Of a stretch of DNA of 63,715 nt, positions 16,731 through 25,749 are shown piece by piece. The notes under the pieces are model-generated. The model did not search any database. It was not told the DNA's origin and saw only the letters and a program-made list of their open reading frames with translations. The stretch spans positions 1 to 63,715 of the IMG/VR virus record IMGVR_UViG_3300036859_000316, one strand, 5' to 3'. This DNA is from a virus. Lineage: Duplodnaviria; Caudoviricetes. The stretch's first letter is position 1, and every line of letters begins with the position of its first letter. The position numbers and the translations under genes were made by a program.

Positions 16731-18403
16731 AGAAGTCCCAGTTGCCCCGCTGCCTCATGCTCTTGCCGCTCGCGTTCTGAGCGAGCAGAGAGGGCCAGAA
16801 TCTCATCGGCCCGGTCCTTGTGGGTGTCCCACCAAGCGATCCGGGCCCGCGCGATCTCCACGTACTCGGCCTCTCGCTCGACGCCGATGAAGTCGAAGTC
16901 CTCCAACACGCAGGCGATGCCCGTGGTGCCCGAGCCGGCGAAGGGATCGAGGACCGTTCCGCCGGGCGGGGTGACGAGGCGGCAGAGCCAGCGCATCAGC
17001 TCGACGGGCTTGACGGTCGGGTGGACGTTTTTGGCGACGGTCGCTTGCTGTCCGCTGGGCGAATCGTGGCCGGGGTACTCGCCTGGCCCTCGATTGCCGT
17101 AGGCCCGCATCTCCCCTTCCTCAAACCCCTCTAGCCCCGCATTACGCTCGGCCCGTGAGGCTTTGGCGACGTAGAAGAACCTGCTCGCACCGCCCGTATC
17201 GCCAAACCCTCGCCCGTCATAGCTCGCCTGGCCGAACCAGCCATTTGCTGACTCGCTCGCCATTTGATCGTGGCTTCCCGGCCGCTCCCCGCTCTGCCGG
17301 TCCAGCTCGGCTACGGGGCAGCCGGGGGCGCAGACATCAAAGTGCTCTGAAGTATCACTACCGCTCCCATCGCAGCCATAGCAAGCGTTGTCCTCCAGCG
17401 CCCCCTCTCCGTTGCAAACAGAACATTGCCCTAGTGCTATCTCACACTCAGGCAGGTGGGAGAGGACTACGTTGGCGGGCCAGCGGCCAGCGAAATGAGC
17501 GTAATCCTCAAGTTCGCCGCTGGCGATTCCTCCGTTATCACCGCTGAAAAACTCCCCCTTGTTCGTCGTCCCATCAGCACGCGCTGCCGTTCGCCCATAG
17601 TCACCGGTCGGCTCGATCCGACACCCGTCGATGTTCAACGCCCCCGTCCCGAACCGCTCTACGTTCTGAGCTACCGTCCCGACGAGCGGCTTGCGGGCCA
17701 CGACTATCGGCTCGTGGGCGGGCTTCAAGGCTGTCCCCCAGCCCTGCCAGCGTTGGGCTTCGGGGGTGGCGGGGGCAGTGACGAAACCGGCCGCTTCGTA
17801 ATTCTCCACTGAGTTCGGGCGCGGGTCGATACTGCCCATCGGTGCCCCACTCGTCTCCGTAGCACCCGAGAGATAACGCGGGTCAGCCTTTCGCCCGACG
17901 ACTTCCCGCTCGGCCCCGGCCGCCCGGTCTATCGCCTTGCTCACGTCGAGTGACTTAGGGAAGCCCGAGCCGTACAGCCAGATCACCGAGTCCCGGATCT
18001 CGAACCCGGCGTCCTCGACCGCGCAGGCGAGGCGGTGATAGGTCCGGGTTCCTCCGAAGGCGAGTAGGTGGCCTCCGGGCTTTAGGACGCGGAGGGCTTC
18101 GGTGGCCCAGGCTTGGTGCCATTCCTGCATCGCATGTTGAGAGGACACAGAGAGATCGAACGCAGGTGCCGGAAGCTGAAACTTTGCTGACTCCCCACTT
18201 TCACCTGGGGGGCGCTTCCGATTCGGCTGCGTTCCACGGTTGGCCCGTGCGACTTCCAGCCGGTCCCACTCCTTCCCCATGAACTCCAAGCCATAGGGCG
18301 ATAACGGGTCCGTGACAATGGCATCGACGGAGGCTTCCTCCATCGCGCGCATCTGCTCGACGCAATCACCCTCGATCACGTTCCACGTCACGGACCTGCT
18401 CAC
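16727..18403 (-). CDS. N6-A/N4-C DNA methyltransferase (beta class) with altered motif IV (DPLSPY)
   Basis: GDC..., RVLKPGG, YGSGFPKS, HPTVKP, VLDPFAGSGTT. Confidence 0.92.
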   Translation of the reverse strand: MSRSVTWNVIEGDCVEQMRAMEEASVDAIVTDPLSPYGLEFMGKEWDRLEVARANRGTQPNRKRPPGESGESAKFQLPAPAFDLSVSSQHAMQEWHQAWATEALRVLKPGGHLLAFGGTRTYHRLACAVEDAGFEIRDSVIWLYGSGFPKSLDVSKAIDRAAGAEREVVGRKADPRYLSGATETSGAPMGSIDPRPNSVENYEAAGFVTAPATPEAQRWQGWGTALKPAHEPIVVARKPLVGTVAQNVERFGTGALNIDGCRIEPTGDYGRTAARADGTTNKGEFFSGDNGGIASGELEDYAHFAGRWPANVVLSHLPECEIALGQCSVCNGEGALEDNACYGCDGSGSDTSEHFDVCAPGCPVAELDRQSGERPGSHDQMASESANGWFGQASYDGRGFGDTGGASRFFYVAKASRAERNAGLEGFEEGEMRAYGNRGPGEYPGHDSPSGQQATVAKNVHPTVKPVELMRWLCRLVTPPGGTVLDPFAGSGTTGIACVLEDFDFIGVEREAEYVEIARARIAWWDTHKDRADEILALSARSERERQEHEAAGQLGLL

Positions 18404-18549
18404 CCCCTTTCCAGCACGACGCTGAGCGCCCGCGCGAACGGGAACTGCTCAAACGTCTTGCCCGACCGCCCGCCATGCGGAGGCGCGTCGGGATCGTCGT
18501 GAATACGAATGTGGACGGTCTGCCGGGCTTCGATGACGCGCCAGCTCAC
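18400..18549 (-). CDS. Small hypothetical protein
   Basis: GTGA overlaps at both ends. Confidence 0.45.
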   Translation of the reverse strand: MSWRVIEARQTVHIRIHDDPDAPPHGGRSGKTFEQFPFARALSVVLERG

Positions 18550-18797
18550 GCGGCTCTGGCCTCGCGGCACTCGGGGCAGATCAGCCGGCCACAGACCCCA
18601 CAGGCCTCGCGGCAGGTATCGCACTCGATGCACTTGGCACCCTCGCACCAGTCGATGACCTCGGCGCCGCACCGCGCGACCGGGACGGCGAAGTCGACGA
18701 AGCAGCCGCCAGCGACGTGGCAGACGTTCGTCGTGTCGAGCACGTTTCCGATCGACGGGAGCGTCCTCGTCGGGGGCTCGGCGACCTTGGCGTTCAT
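18546..18797 (-). CDS. Cys-rich hypothetical protein
   Basis: MNAKVAEPP...multiple CxxC. Confidence 0.6.
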   Translation of the reverse strand: MNAKVAEPPTRTLPSIGNVLDTTNVCHVAGGCFVDFAVPVARCGAEVIDWCEGAKCIECDTCREACGVCGRLICPECREARAA

Positions 18798-19426
18798 GCG
18801 GCCTTCTGGGCTGTCGGGTGGGCAAGCAAGTGGTGGCCGATGTGCTCGGTGTAGGCGGGCGGAATCGCCTCGCGCGATTCCTCGACGGTCATCCAGCCGC
18901 AGCCCATCGCGTCCCGGTAGACGCTCTCGGGCTGCTTGCCACCGTGGTCGAAGGAATAGTCCCCTGCGCGGTGCTGACATCCCTGTGGCGCCATGAACCA
19001 GCCCCAGCTCGTCTCGAAGTAGCGATGCCGGCGAAGGGAGAGCCCGAACATCGTCCCGCAGAGCATGTGGTCACCCCGAAACTTGCCTCGACGAACTGCG
19101 GCCCGGACGTTCTCCAGCACAAAGGGAAGCCCGACCTCCATAAGCAGGGCTCGCGTCGGTGGAATCAGGTCGGGATGGTCGTCCCGGTCCCCGCGCCAGC
19201 TCGTCACGTCAGCATCGTGCTGGCAAGGCGGCGAGGCATGGATGGCGTCGAACTCGTCGTAAAAGACGGGCGGGTCCAGTGCATCCCCTTGGACGAACTC
19301 AAACGGGTAATTCGGCTGGGGCTCGATGTCCACGCCGACGACCTCGAAACCCGCGCGGTGGTAGCCCATCGCTGCGCCGCCGGCGCCGCAGAACAAGTCG
19401 AGGAGGCGCGGCTTCACGCCGGTCAT
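18794..19426 (-). CDS. Short C5 cytosine DNA methyltransferase-like protein
   Basis: LLDLFCGAGG, HASPPCQ, LENV, RHRYFE, EAIPPAYT. Confidence 0.88.
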   Translation of the reverse strand: MTGVKPRLLDLFCGAGGAAMGYHRAGFEVVGVDIEPQPNYPFEFVQGDALDPPVFYDEFDAIHASPPCQHDADVTSWRGDRDDHPDLIPPTRALLMEVGLPFVLENVRAAVRRGKFRGDHMLCGTMFGLSLRRHRYFETSWGWFMAPQGCQHRAGDYSFDHGGKQPESVYRDAMGCGWMTVEESREAIPPAYTEHIGHHLLAHPTAQKAA

Positions 19427-19605
19427 GCGGCCTTCGGATCGCGGCGCTCGACCACGACGACGTCGTACTTCTCGACGCACTCATCGCAGGCGAAGCGCCA
19501 GTCGCCGGTCAGGTTGAGCGGCTTCTCGTCGGTGCCGTCGACCCCGCAATACGCGCAGGGCGGCGGGGGCCAGCCGTCGACGTGCTCGCCTACGCGGTAG
19601 CCCAT
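19423..19605 (-). CDS. Small Zn-finger protein
   Basis: CAYC...CDEC. Confidence 0.6.
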   Translation of the reverse strand: MGYRVGEHVDGWPPPPCAYCGVDGTDEKPLNLTGDWRFACDECVEKYDVVVVERRDPKAA

Positions 19606-19961
19606 CTCGCACCACTCCGTATCCGGCTGACGTGGCCCCGGCTGATCTCGAACCGAGCGGCGATCGCGGCCTGCGTGCCGGATGCCTCGCGGATCTCGCC
19701 GACCTGCTCGGCGGTGAGCTTCGCACGGCGACCGACCCGGCAGTTCTCGGCGTGCGTCACGACCTCAAGGTGATCGACGCGCCAACAGGCTGGGTTCTCG
19801 CAGCGGTGATGGAGCTCGTAGCCCTCGGGGACCGGGCCGTTGACGGCCTCCCAGGCGAGGACGTGCGCGAGCCGCAGCTTGCGGCCGACGCGCTTGACGC
19901 CGTAGCCGTGGTTGTTGCGGGCGCCCTCCCAGATCACGCAACGGGTACGGGGCTTTGCCAT
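19590..19961 (-). CDS. HNH endonuclease with C-terminal HTH
   Basis: CVIWEGA...GYG, AHVLAWE...HHRCENPACWRVDHLE..T..EN. Confidence 0.9.
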   Translation of the reverse strand: MAKPRTRCVIWEGARNNHGYGVKRVGRKLRLAHVLAWEAVNGPVPEGYELHHRCENPACWRVDHLEVVTHAENCRVGRRAKLTAEQVGEIREASGTQAAIAARFEISRGHVSRIRSGARWATA

Positions 19962-20094
19962 CACTTCGGGAACGCCCCGACGTGGAAGGCGATCAGCCAC
20001 GCGCCGTCCTGACCGACCGACTCGAAGCCGAAGAACGGGCGCGTCGTCTGGATCCCGACAGCTCGGCGGCCGATACGCAGCGCGATCGAGAGGG

Positions 20095-20334
20095 TCACTT
20101 CGGCCCCGGCATTTCGTCCACGCCGGCGACGGGCACTGAAGAGATCAGCAGCTTGCCGACGTTGCGGGCGCCTTCGGGGGTCAGGGGCAGGAGGTACACC
20201 GCGCCGGCGATCGGGTCGACGAGTTGCAGGATGCGACCGCCGTCGGGGGCGTTCGCCACGGTGACCGACCACCCTTGACAGGTGATCTGCTTCGAGATCG
20301 GCACCGCCTGCGGCTGCTGGCCGTTGCCGTTCAT
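20095..20334 (-). CDS. Hypothetical protein
   Basis: Overlapping start/stop with neighbours. Confidence 0.6.
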   Translation of the reverse strand: MNGNGQQPQAVPISKQITCQGWSVTVANAPDGGRILQLVDPIAGAVYLLPLTPEGARNVGKLLISSVPVAGVDEMPGPK

Positions 20335-20519
20335 GCGGCCTTCCCGGCGAGCAGGAACCGCAGCTTGCGGACGGTCTCCCGAGCGCGCGCCCTGGCGGGC
20401 TCGTAGACGCTTCGGTCCCCCCAGTAGTCGGGCGGCGTCAGGTCGGGGTGAAGCCGCCCCTCGTTGCCGGAGGGGAAGTGCTTTTGCGGCTGGTAGTTCG
20501 GGTCGACGTTCGACTTCAC
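20331..20519 (-). CDS. Hypothetical protein
   Basis: Overlapping start/stop with neighbours. Confidence 0.55.
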   Translation of the reverse strand: MKSNVDPNYQPQKHFPSGNEGRLHPDLTPPDYWGDRSVYEPARARARETVRKLRFLLAGKAA

Positions 20520-20698
20520 GCCTTCAGCCTCTCGATGATCGCGTCACTGAGCAGGGAGTCGAGCTCGTCGGTCGCGGAAACGTATTCCTCCGCTCGTGCT
20601 ACCCGCTGCTCTTTGGGATGACGGGCTATTAGGTGCTCTCGCGCGGCCTGCTCGCGCCGCGCTGCGTCACGAAGCCGGGTGGCCTGTTCCTCGCTCAT
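20516..20698 (-). CDS. Hypothetical protein
   Basis: Overlapping start/stop with neighbours. Confidence 0.55.
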   Translation of the reverse strand: MSEEQATRLRDAARREQAAREHLIARHPKEQRVARAEEYVSATDELDSLLSDAIIERLKA

Positions 20699-20861
20699 GC
20701 GACCCTCTCGTTGAGCGGCGTCAGCGTCTCGTGCTGCACGGGGCGCACGACGTAATCAGGGAACTCGCAGGCTGACCACCAGGGGCCGCGCTGCGTCACC
20801 TTGAACGGGTCGCCGAGCACTCGCACCCGCGTTCCGTCCGGCAGTTGCGCGTTCGGCTTCC

Positions 20862-21290
20862 TCACGCCGCCGCCTTCGCCTCGGCCCTGATCTGCTCGGC
20901 CGCGTCGATCGCGCCGGGGATCCGTGAGTGTTCCCAGCCGCCGGGGAAACCGCCGACGACCGCGAGCTCGGCGCGCAGGCAGCGGGCTAGGTGGTCGACC
21001 GGGAAGCCCGAGTCGATCCACGACCCGACGAGATCGCCCGGCCTCTTCGGCGTCGGCGCGTTGCCGTAGCGCTCGGGCGGATCGGGCGGCTGGCGCCAGA
21101 TCATCAGGTGGTCGGAGCCGCCCGCGACCTCGTAGGTGACCGTGAAGCCTCGCGCCTCACACTCGCAGACGAGGGCGGCAAAGCCGTAGCCCGCCTCTTC
21201 GAGCGCATCCCTGATCGGCTGCTCGACCAGCTTCTTTCGCTCGCGCCAAGCGTTCTGGATCAGCCGTGCGGCTCGCTCGGCCGAGGTCAC
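20862..21290 (-). CDS. Hypothetical protein
   Basis: VTSAERAAR...; GTGA overlaps. Confidence 0.65.
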   Translation of the reverse strand: MTSAERAARLIQNAWRERKKLVEQPIRDALEEAGYGFAALVCECEARGFTVTYEVAGGSDHLMIWRQPPDPPERYGNAPTPKRPGDLVGSWIDSGFPVDHLARCLRAELAVVGGFPGGWEHSRIPGAIDAAEQIRAEAKAAA

Positions 21291-21880
21291 GCGACCTTCT
21301 CCCCGGGTTCGAGCTCGCCGGCGACCTCGCGCACGACCTCGCCGAGCTCGCGCGGGCGACCGGACTCGATCCGGCGCAGCTCGCGAAGGCCACCCGAGGG
21401 GATCCCGCGGTACAGGTGCTCGCGCTTGGCCCGCTCGCAGAAGGCCGCGAATTTCTCGCGCAGCCGGGCCTCTTCGTTGCCGCCGTCGAGCCCGCGGCTG
21501 ACCTGATCCCAGCCCGCCGAGCGGACGAACTCGCGAATCAGGGGCGCCTCGTCGGCTAGGGCGCCGGCGCGCTCGTCGACCGCCTCGCCGTCGATCCAGC
21601 GCTGCTCGGACTTCGACAGCAGGTGCCGCAGCCGGGCGAGCACGTAGGACCACTCGGGGATCGAGAGCGCCAGCTCGACGACGCGCGTCCGAATCTGCGC
21701 AGCGTTCGGCGCGAACTTCACGCCGTCGCGGTAGAGCGCCTCGACCGCCGCGGCGACCTGCTCAGCGGGCAAGTCGGCGACGTCACGACCCCACTGCTCG
21801 ATCGTGCCCTCGGGCAGATCCGAGTGCGGCCAGCGGTCACGGATCACCGCGACGATCTCTAGCCATTCGCTTGGTCTCAT
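21287..21880 (-). CDS. Helicase loader/inhibitor-like protein (SPP1 G39P-like)
   Basis: MxxxEW..IV..I...WP...W...L....V..AV....KFAP..AQIR pattern; follows the initiator. Confidence 0.65.
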   Translation of the reverse strand: MRPSEWLEIVAVIRDRWPHSDLPEGTIEQWGRDVADLPAEQVAAAVEALYRDGVKFAPNAAQIRTRVVELALSIPEWSYVLARLRHLLSKSEQRWIDGEAVDERAGALADEAPLIREFVRSAGWDQVSRGLDGGNEEARLREKFAAFCERAKREHLYRGIPSGGLRELRRIESGRPRELGEVVREVAGELEPGEKVA

Positions 21881-22608
21881 CGTCCTTCAGCTCGTCGTTT
21901 CGCTGCTTCTGCCCGTAAAGCGTGGCTACTCGGCCCGACGGAACGGCGGCCGCTGCCGTTTCTACCCGCTCGATACTCGGCCCGGAGCTTCGACCACCAG
22001 CGCTTGAGCTCGCCGGCAGTGAGCACCTTCGACGCCCAGAAGGTGCGCTCATGCGCCCACTCGACGGCGCCCTTGAGCTCGGCGTGGTCGACGTGGGCTA
22101 GGAGCCAGTCGGCGGCTGAGAGCTGGGTGGGGGTGAATCGCTTGCGGGGCTCGACGTCGGCGATCTGCTCAAGCCAGCGGCAGAGTCGCAACGCAGCTTC
22201 GGACGGTTCGGACGGTTCTTCCCTAGTAGACGTTGGGGGATCACCACTAACAGAAGAAACTAACGGTTTGTCGGAAGACGGTTTCCGGGGTCGCTTGCGC
22301 GAATCTTCCGGGGTCGCGACGTCAGGCTTCCGGCCGGAAGAATCTTCCGGGGTCAGGATGACGCGGTACTCGACGACCCCTCGGGGCCGGGTGCCGGTGC
22401 GCTCAATCTCACCCGCGTCTTCGAGGCGACGCAGGCAGTCGCGCACGGTGCGGTCGGTGATCCGTGCCTTGTGAGCGATCATCGCCTGCGCCGGGTAGGC
22501 GCCGGTTCCGTCGTCGTGGGCGTGATCGGCGAGCACGAGCAGCACGACGCGATCATTGCCCGAGGCTTCGGAGTGCTGGAAGACGTGCGTGAGCACCTTG
22601 ACGCTCAC
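21877..22608 (-). CDS. Replication initiator (N-terminal HTH)
   Basis: RVVLLVLADHAHDDG..AYP....IA......RTV...L..LE..G.I; C-terminal WA...FW..KVL. Confidence 0.8.
   Translation of the reverse strand: MSVKVLTHVFQHSEASGNDRVVLLVLADHAHDDGTGAYPAQAMIAHKARITDRTVRDCLRRLEDAGEIERTGTRPRGVVEYRVILTPEDSSGRKPDVATPEDSRKRPRKPSSDKPLVSSVSGDPPTSTREEPSEPSEAALRLCRWLEQIADVEPRKRFTPTQLSAADWLLAHVDHAELKGAVEWAHERTFWASKVLTAGELKRWWSKLRAEYRAGRNGSGRRSVGPSSHALRAEAAKRRAEGR
22241..22355. repeat. Iteron-like repeats with an AT-rich flank: probable replication origin
   Basis: TTCCGGGGTC x3 (about 22283, 22306, 22345); palindrome CCGGAAGAATCTTCCGG at 22334-22350; A-rich tract 22241-22270. Confidence 0.65.
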
Positions 22609-22955
22609 AGGACCCCCAGCTCTTCGAGCTTTCGGATGGCGCGATCGCACGGTGTTCTGTAAAGGCACCGTGCGAAGTCGATCTGATCCCGTACCTCTTC
22701 GCAGTCCTGAAACCACTCGCCCCGGACTCGGAACGGGGCGAGCTCATCATGTAGCTGTGCCTCTTCGGCCGACGTTCCCGGGAAGCATCCGACTAGCCGC
22801 AGAGCTACCGGCGAGCCGCATCGCATCGCCTCGACGCGTCGCTCCGGGTCGCGCGAGATCCCGATCTTGAGAAGGCCCGCCCCCGCGATGACGTAGATGA
22901 ATCGCTCGCCCGAAAGCACTGCGTAGGGGTATGCCGGGTCGCTCGGGCTGACCAT
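22605..22955 (-). CDS. GIY-YIG (T5orf172-like) nuclease family protein
   Basis: FIYVI...LKIGIS.DP.RR...E..LH..L...R.RGEWF. Confidence 0.85.
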   Translation of the reverse strand: MVSPSDPAYPYAVLSGERFIYVIAGAGLLKIGISRDPERRVEAMRCGSPVALRLVGCFPGTSAEEAQLHDELAPFRVRGEWFQDCEEVRDQIDFARCLYRTPCDRAIRKLEELGVL

Positions 22956-23019
22956 CCGCCGCTGGCTGCCCTACCCTTGAGGACAACAAATCGAGTTCAC
23001 GTAGCGAAAGCTACCCGAG

Positions 23020-23045
23020 AGCCCGGCGGAAGCGGCCGGGCTTTC
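23020..23045. terminator. Hairpin, probable terminator
   Basis: AGCCCGGC / GCCGGGCT inverted repeat in an intergenic gap. Confidence 0.5.
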
Positions 23046-23058
23046 GCGTTCTTAGGGC

Positions 23059-23448
23059 CTAGCCCCCGACCTTCTGCCGCTCGATCGTGTCCGGCTTCAG
23101 GACGTGCTTGCGCTTCGTCGCTGCGACCTCGCGCGTCTTCGGGTCGCGTATGTCGATGAAGTGCGTCTCGGCGATCGGGCCCTCAAGCACGACGCGGACC
23201 CGGTCGCCTTTCTTCATCGCGCCGGCGACCTTGATCTCGCCACCGGAGATCGTCAGCGTGGACTGGTCGGCCTTGCGGCCTCCGACGACGTTCATCGTCA
23301 CGTCGGCGTCGCCCTCGATCGAGAGCTGGGTCACGTCCTCGGGTGCCTGCTCGTCGGGAGCCTCGCCGGGGAGCTCTTCGGGTGGCGCAGCACCATCCGG
23401 GCTGGTCGGCGCTTGCGGGTCAGCGGTTGCGGTTGGCGTCATGTTCAC
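23059..23448 (-). CDS. Hypothetical protein
   Basis: AGGAGG Shine-Dalgarno before start; strong codon bias. Confidence 0.75.
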   Translation of the reverse strand: MNMTPTATADPQAPTSPDGAAPPEELPGEAPDEQAPEDVTQLSIEGDADVTMNVVGGRKADQSTLTISGGEIKVAGAMKKGDRVRVVLEGPIAETHFIDIRDPKTREVAATKRKHVLKPDTIERQKVGG

Positions 23449-23585
23449 GCCCTCCTATCTGCGGCCACGGGGCATCCCGCCGCCGCTTCGTGGGACAATG
23501 GATGCGTTGATTCACTAGCGGCTGAGAATACGCCGCGACGAGGACGCCCTCCCGACGCTCCGGCTGACGGGGGGCTTTCTCGGTT

Positions 23586-23930
23586 CTAGGGGAGGGGCCG
23601 GAGCCCGATCACCCAGACGTCGACAGGGTCGAAGCTGTTGTGCATCGACACCCAGGCCCCGAGCCATGCGCTGCGCGAGTTGAAGCCCTCGCGCCGGATC
23701 TCTTCGTCGTGAAGGTGGAACGGCTCAAGCTGCTCGCGCCGCACCGATGTCACGCGCGCCGTCCCGATAGCGGGCTTGCCACGGCCAGGGCAGACAGCCC
23801 GCTTCGCGCCGATCATGTAGCCGATCCGGCTGGGGTGGTAGGGGCTGCGCGGATTGTCGGAGACGGGCCGACGGGTGACGGTTTTGTGCCCGGTCATCAC
23901 CGCCTCGGCCAGCACCGGCCGGAAGATCAC
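23586..23930 (-). CDS. ASCH domain protein
   Basis: MIF...LAEAVMTGHKTVTRR, VTSVRREQL, REGF, VWVI. Confidence 0.8.
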   Translation of the reverse strand: MIFRPVLAEAVMTGHKTVTRRPVSDNPRSPYHPSRIGYMIGAKRAVCPGRGKPAIGTARVTSVRREQLEPFHLHDEEIRREGFNSRSAWLGAWVSMHNSFDPVDVWVIGLRPLP

Positions 23931-24520
23931 GCGAGGTACTCCTCAAACGCTTCGCCCGCCCAGACGCGGATCTCGACCCGCTCGGGCTCGCCGTAGTGCT
24001 TGCGAAGGCGCTCGACGACGATCTCGGCATCGTCCCGCCAGGTAACCCCGGTCAGCGCGTCCTCGACCGCCCGCGCGAGCTTCAGGACGTCGGGCCGGGT
24101 GGTCGGCCAGGGCGGCGCGGATCCCTTGAGCTGCCCGGCGTTGCGGCCGGTGCCGAAGTGACCGGCGGGCCGGGCGCGGTAGAAGTCGAACTCGACCGCG
24201 AGCGGGCCGGGTAGCAGGGCGAGCGTAGCGACCTCCATCGCCTCGCCGACGACCTGGGCGATGATCGTCTGCCACGGCTTCGCCTTCGGGTTGGCGTCGA
24301 CGACATTCGCCTGCTTCGTCCTCGGGTTGACGAACGCCTTCTTAGAGCCGCCGGGCTGCGGGGTGCCGAACACGGTCACGGCCAGCGTCGGCCCAGATGG
24401 CCGCGAGACGCCATCGTTTCCGTTGTCAACGGAAACTCGGTGCGCATCGAGGCCGGGCAGGGGGGCGGGTCCCCCGGACGGAGCGACGGCCGCAGGGTTA
24501 TCGGGGCGGCCGTCACTCAC
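23927..24520 (-). CDS. rusA: RusA family Holliday junction resolvase
   Basis: GTPQPGGSK, RPDVLKLARAVEDALTG..WRDDAEIV...K.Y. Confidence 0.9.
   Translation of the reverse strand: MSDGRPDNPAAVAPSGGPAPLPGLDAHRVSVDNGNDGVSRPSGPTLAVTVFGTPQPGGSKKAFVNPRTKQANVVDANPKAKPWQTIIAQVVGEAMEVATLALLPGPLAVEFDFYRARPAGHFGTGRNAGQLKGSAPPWPTTRPDVLKLARAVEDALTGVTWRDDAEIVVERLRKHYGEPERVEIRVWAGEAFEEYLA
24416..24436. promoter_or_regulatory. Perfect 21-bp palindrome GTTTCCGTTGTCAACGGAAAC
   Basis: 10-bp arms; core recurs at 37270-37280 and 58712-58727. Confidence 0.55.
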
Positions 24521-24688
24521 CGCGAGTCCCTTCGCGGCTGTCCGGGGAAGTCGTGAGACACACGAGGACGATCAGCATGGCGACGGTGAAGGCGAGCTTG
24601 ACCAAGTCCCAGCCGAGGCCGTCGGGCAAGGCTGCCGATCGCGTAGCCGATCAGGGCGGCCGAGCACGACCGACACGAGCCAACTCAC
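24513..24688 (-). pseudogene. Probable frameshifted small membrane-protein gene
   Basis: Hydrophobic segments MSWLVSVVL / AALIGYAIGS / LPDGLGWDLVKLAFTVAMLIVLV fall in three successive frames. Confidence 0.45.
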
Positions 24689-25026
24689 GCCGTCACCGCC
24701 TCTCGGGGTCCGAAGTGCCGATCGAGCAGGTACTCGATCCGGAAGCAGCGGGCGAAGCTCTCGACGTCGGCCGGCAGGATCCGGCGCGGGATCTCGATCA
24801 GGGCCATCGACTTTAGGTGGTGGTGGCGCTCGCATAGGAGCCATTGGTTCGCGGGGTCGCGGATCAAGTCCTCAAGATCGACCAGCAGCAGGGGGTGGAA
24901 GTGGCGCTTCAGCCGGGCCTGCGACTGCGCGATCCGCAGCCGCTGGCGGTCGATGATGTGGTCGCGCTGAAGGTAGCCCTCGCAGCGGCCGTAGCGCATC
25001 CCGGCGAGCGAGCAGCGAGGGGTCAC
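24685..25026 (-). CDS. HNH-like protein
   Basis: C.G.LQRDHII...DPANQWLLCERHH. Confidence 0.55.
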   Translation of the reverse strand: MTPRCSLAGMRYGRCEGYLQRDHIIDRQRLRIAQSQARLKRHFHPLLLVDLEDLIRDPANQWLLCERHHHLKSMALIEIPRRILPADVESFARCFRIEYLLDRHFGPREAVTA

Positions 25027-25304
25027 GAGCTGCCCTCGTCGGGGTGGACGGAAAACCGATGCGCCTCGGCCACAATCAGATCGGCGTTTCCCTTGGGATA
25101 ACCGGGGCGAGTGATGTCGTGAATCGCGCGTAGCCGTTCCTCTAGCCGCTCGACCTCGGAGGCTGGGGCGCAACAATCGGGGCAGGGATGCGGCTCCAAC
25201 GGTCGGTCAGCCGTAACGGTTACGCCCGTGCCGCCGCAAATGCAGTCCGGGTCGCTCCACCGCTTCCCCTCGCTGCCTACCTTCGGCTGCTCGGCGCTAG
25301 CCAC
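25023..25304 (-). CDS. Hypothetical protein with CxCxG...CPDC
   Basis: Starts AEQPKVGSEG, like 26470-26787. Confidence 0.6.
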   Translation of the reverse strand: MASAEQPKVGSEGKRWSDPDCICGGTGVTVTADRPLEPHPCPDCCAPASEVERLEERLRAIHDITRPGYPKGNADLIVAEAHRFSVHPDEGSS

Positions 25305-25470
25305 GGAATCGCTCCACGTCGTGCCAGAACTGCTGCCGCGACTCCTCAAGGAACTTGCGAGTCAAAGGAGAGCCGAACGGGTGAGTGAAGCCGTGCCAAG
25401 CCGCACGCCACTTCGCTCGTCGCAGCGCCTTTCGTTCAGCTTTGTCCATCCGCTCCTCGCTCGTGGGCAT
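25297..25470 (-). CDS. Hypothetical protein
   Basis: MPTSEERM...; TGATG overlap. Confidence 0.55.
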   Translation of the reverse strand: MPTSEERMDKAERKALRRAKWRAAWHGFTHPFGSPLTRKFLEESRQQFWHDVERFRG

Positions 25471-25749
25471 CAGCCGGACTCCTCCGATACCGCCGTGCGT
25501 CCCTTGGCTTCGCGCCGCAACTTCTCGGCGGCTGCGGTCAACCCTGCCGCGAGGTTGGGCAGGTGCTGTCCCGTCGCCTCGCACCACAGAGCCACGTCTT
25601 CGAGCAGGATGCGCTCCCGTTCAAGCGCGTCGGCCAGGGTGATCTGGGTCGCCGGCCACGCCATCATGCCGCGACTCCGTGGATGATGACAAGCCACACC
25701 ACCGCCGCTGCGGCGACGAGTGCAACGGCTGCCTTGTTGCTCGTGGGCA

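Noticed and set aside
17340-17450. Intein or intron in the DNA methyltransferase
   Set aside because: Only a short CxxCxGxG-type insert in a variable loop; no splicing motifs
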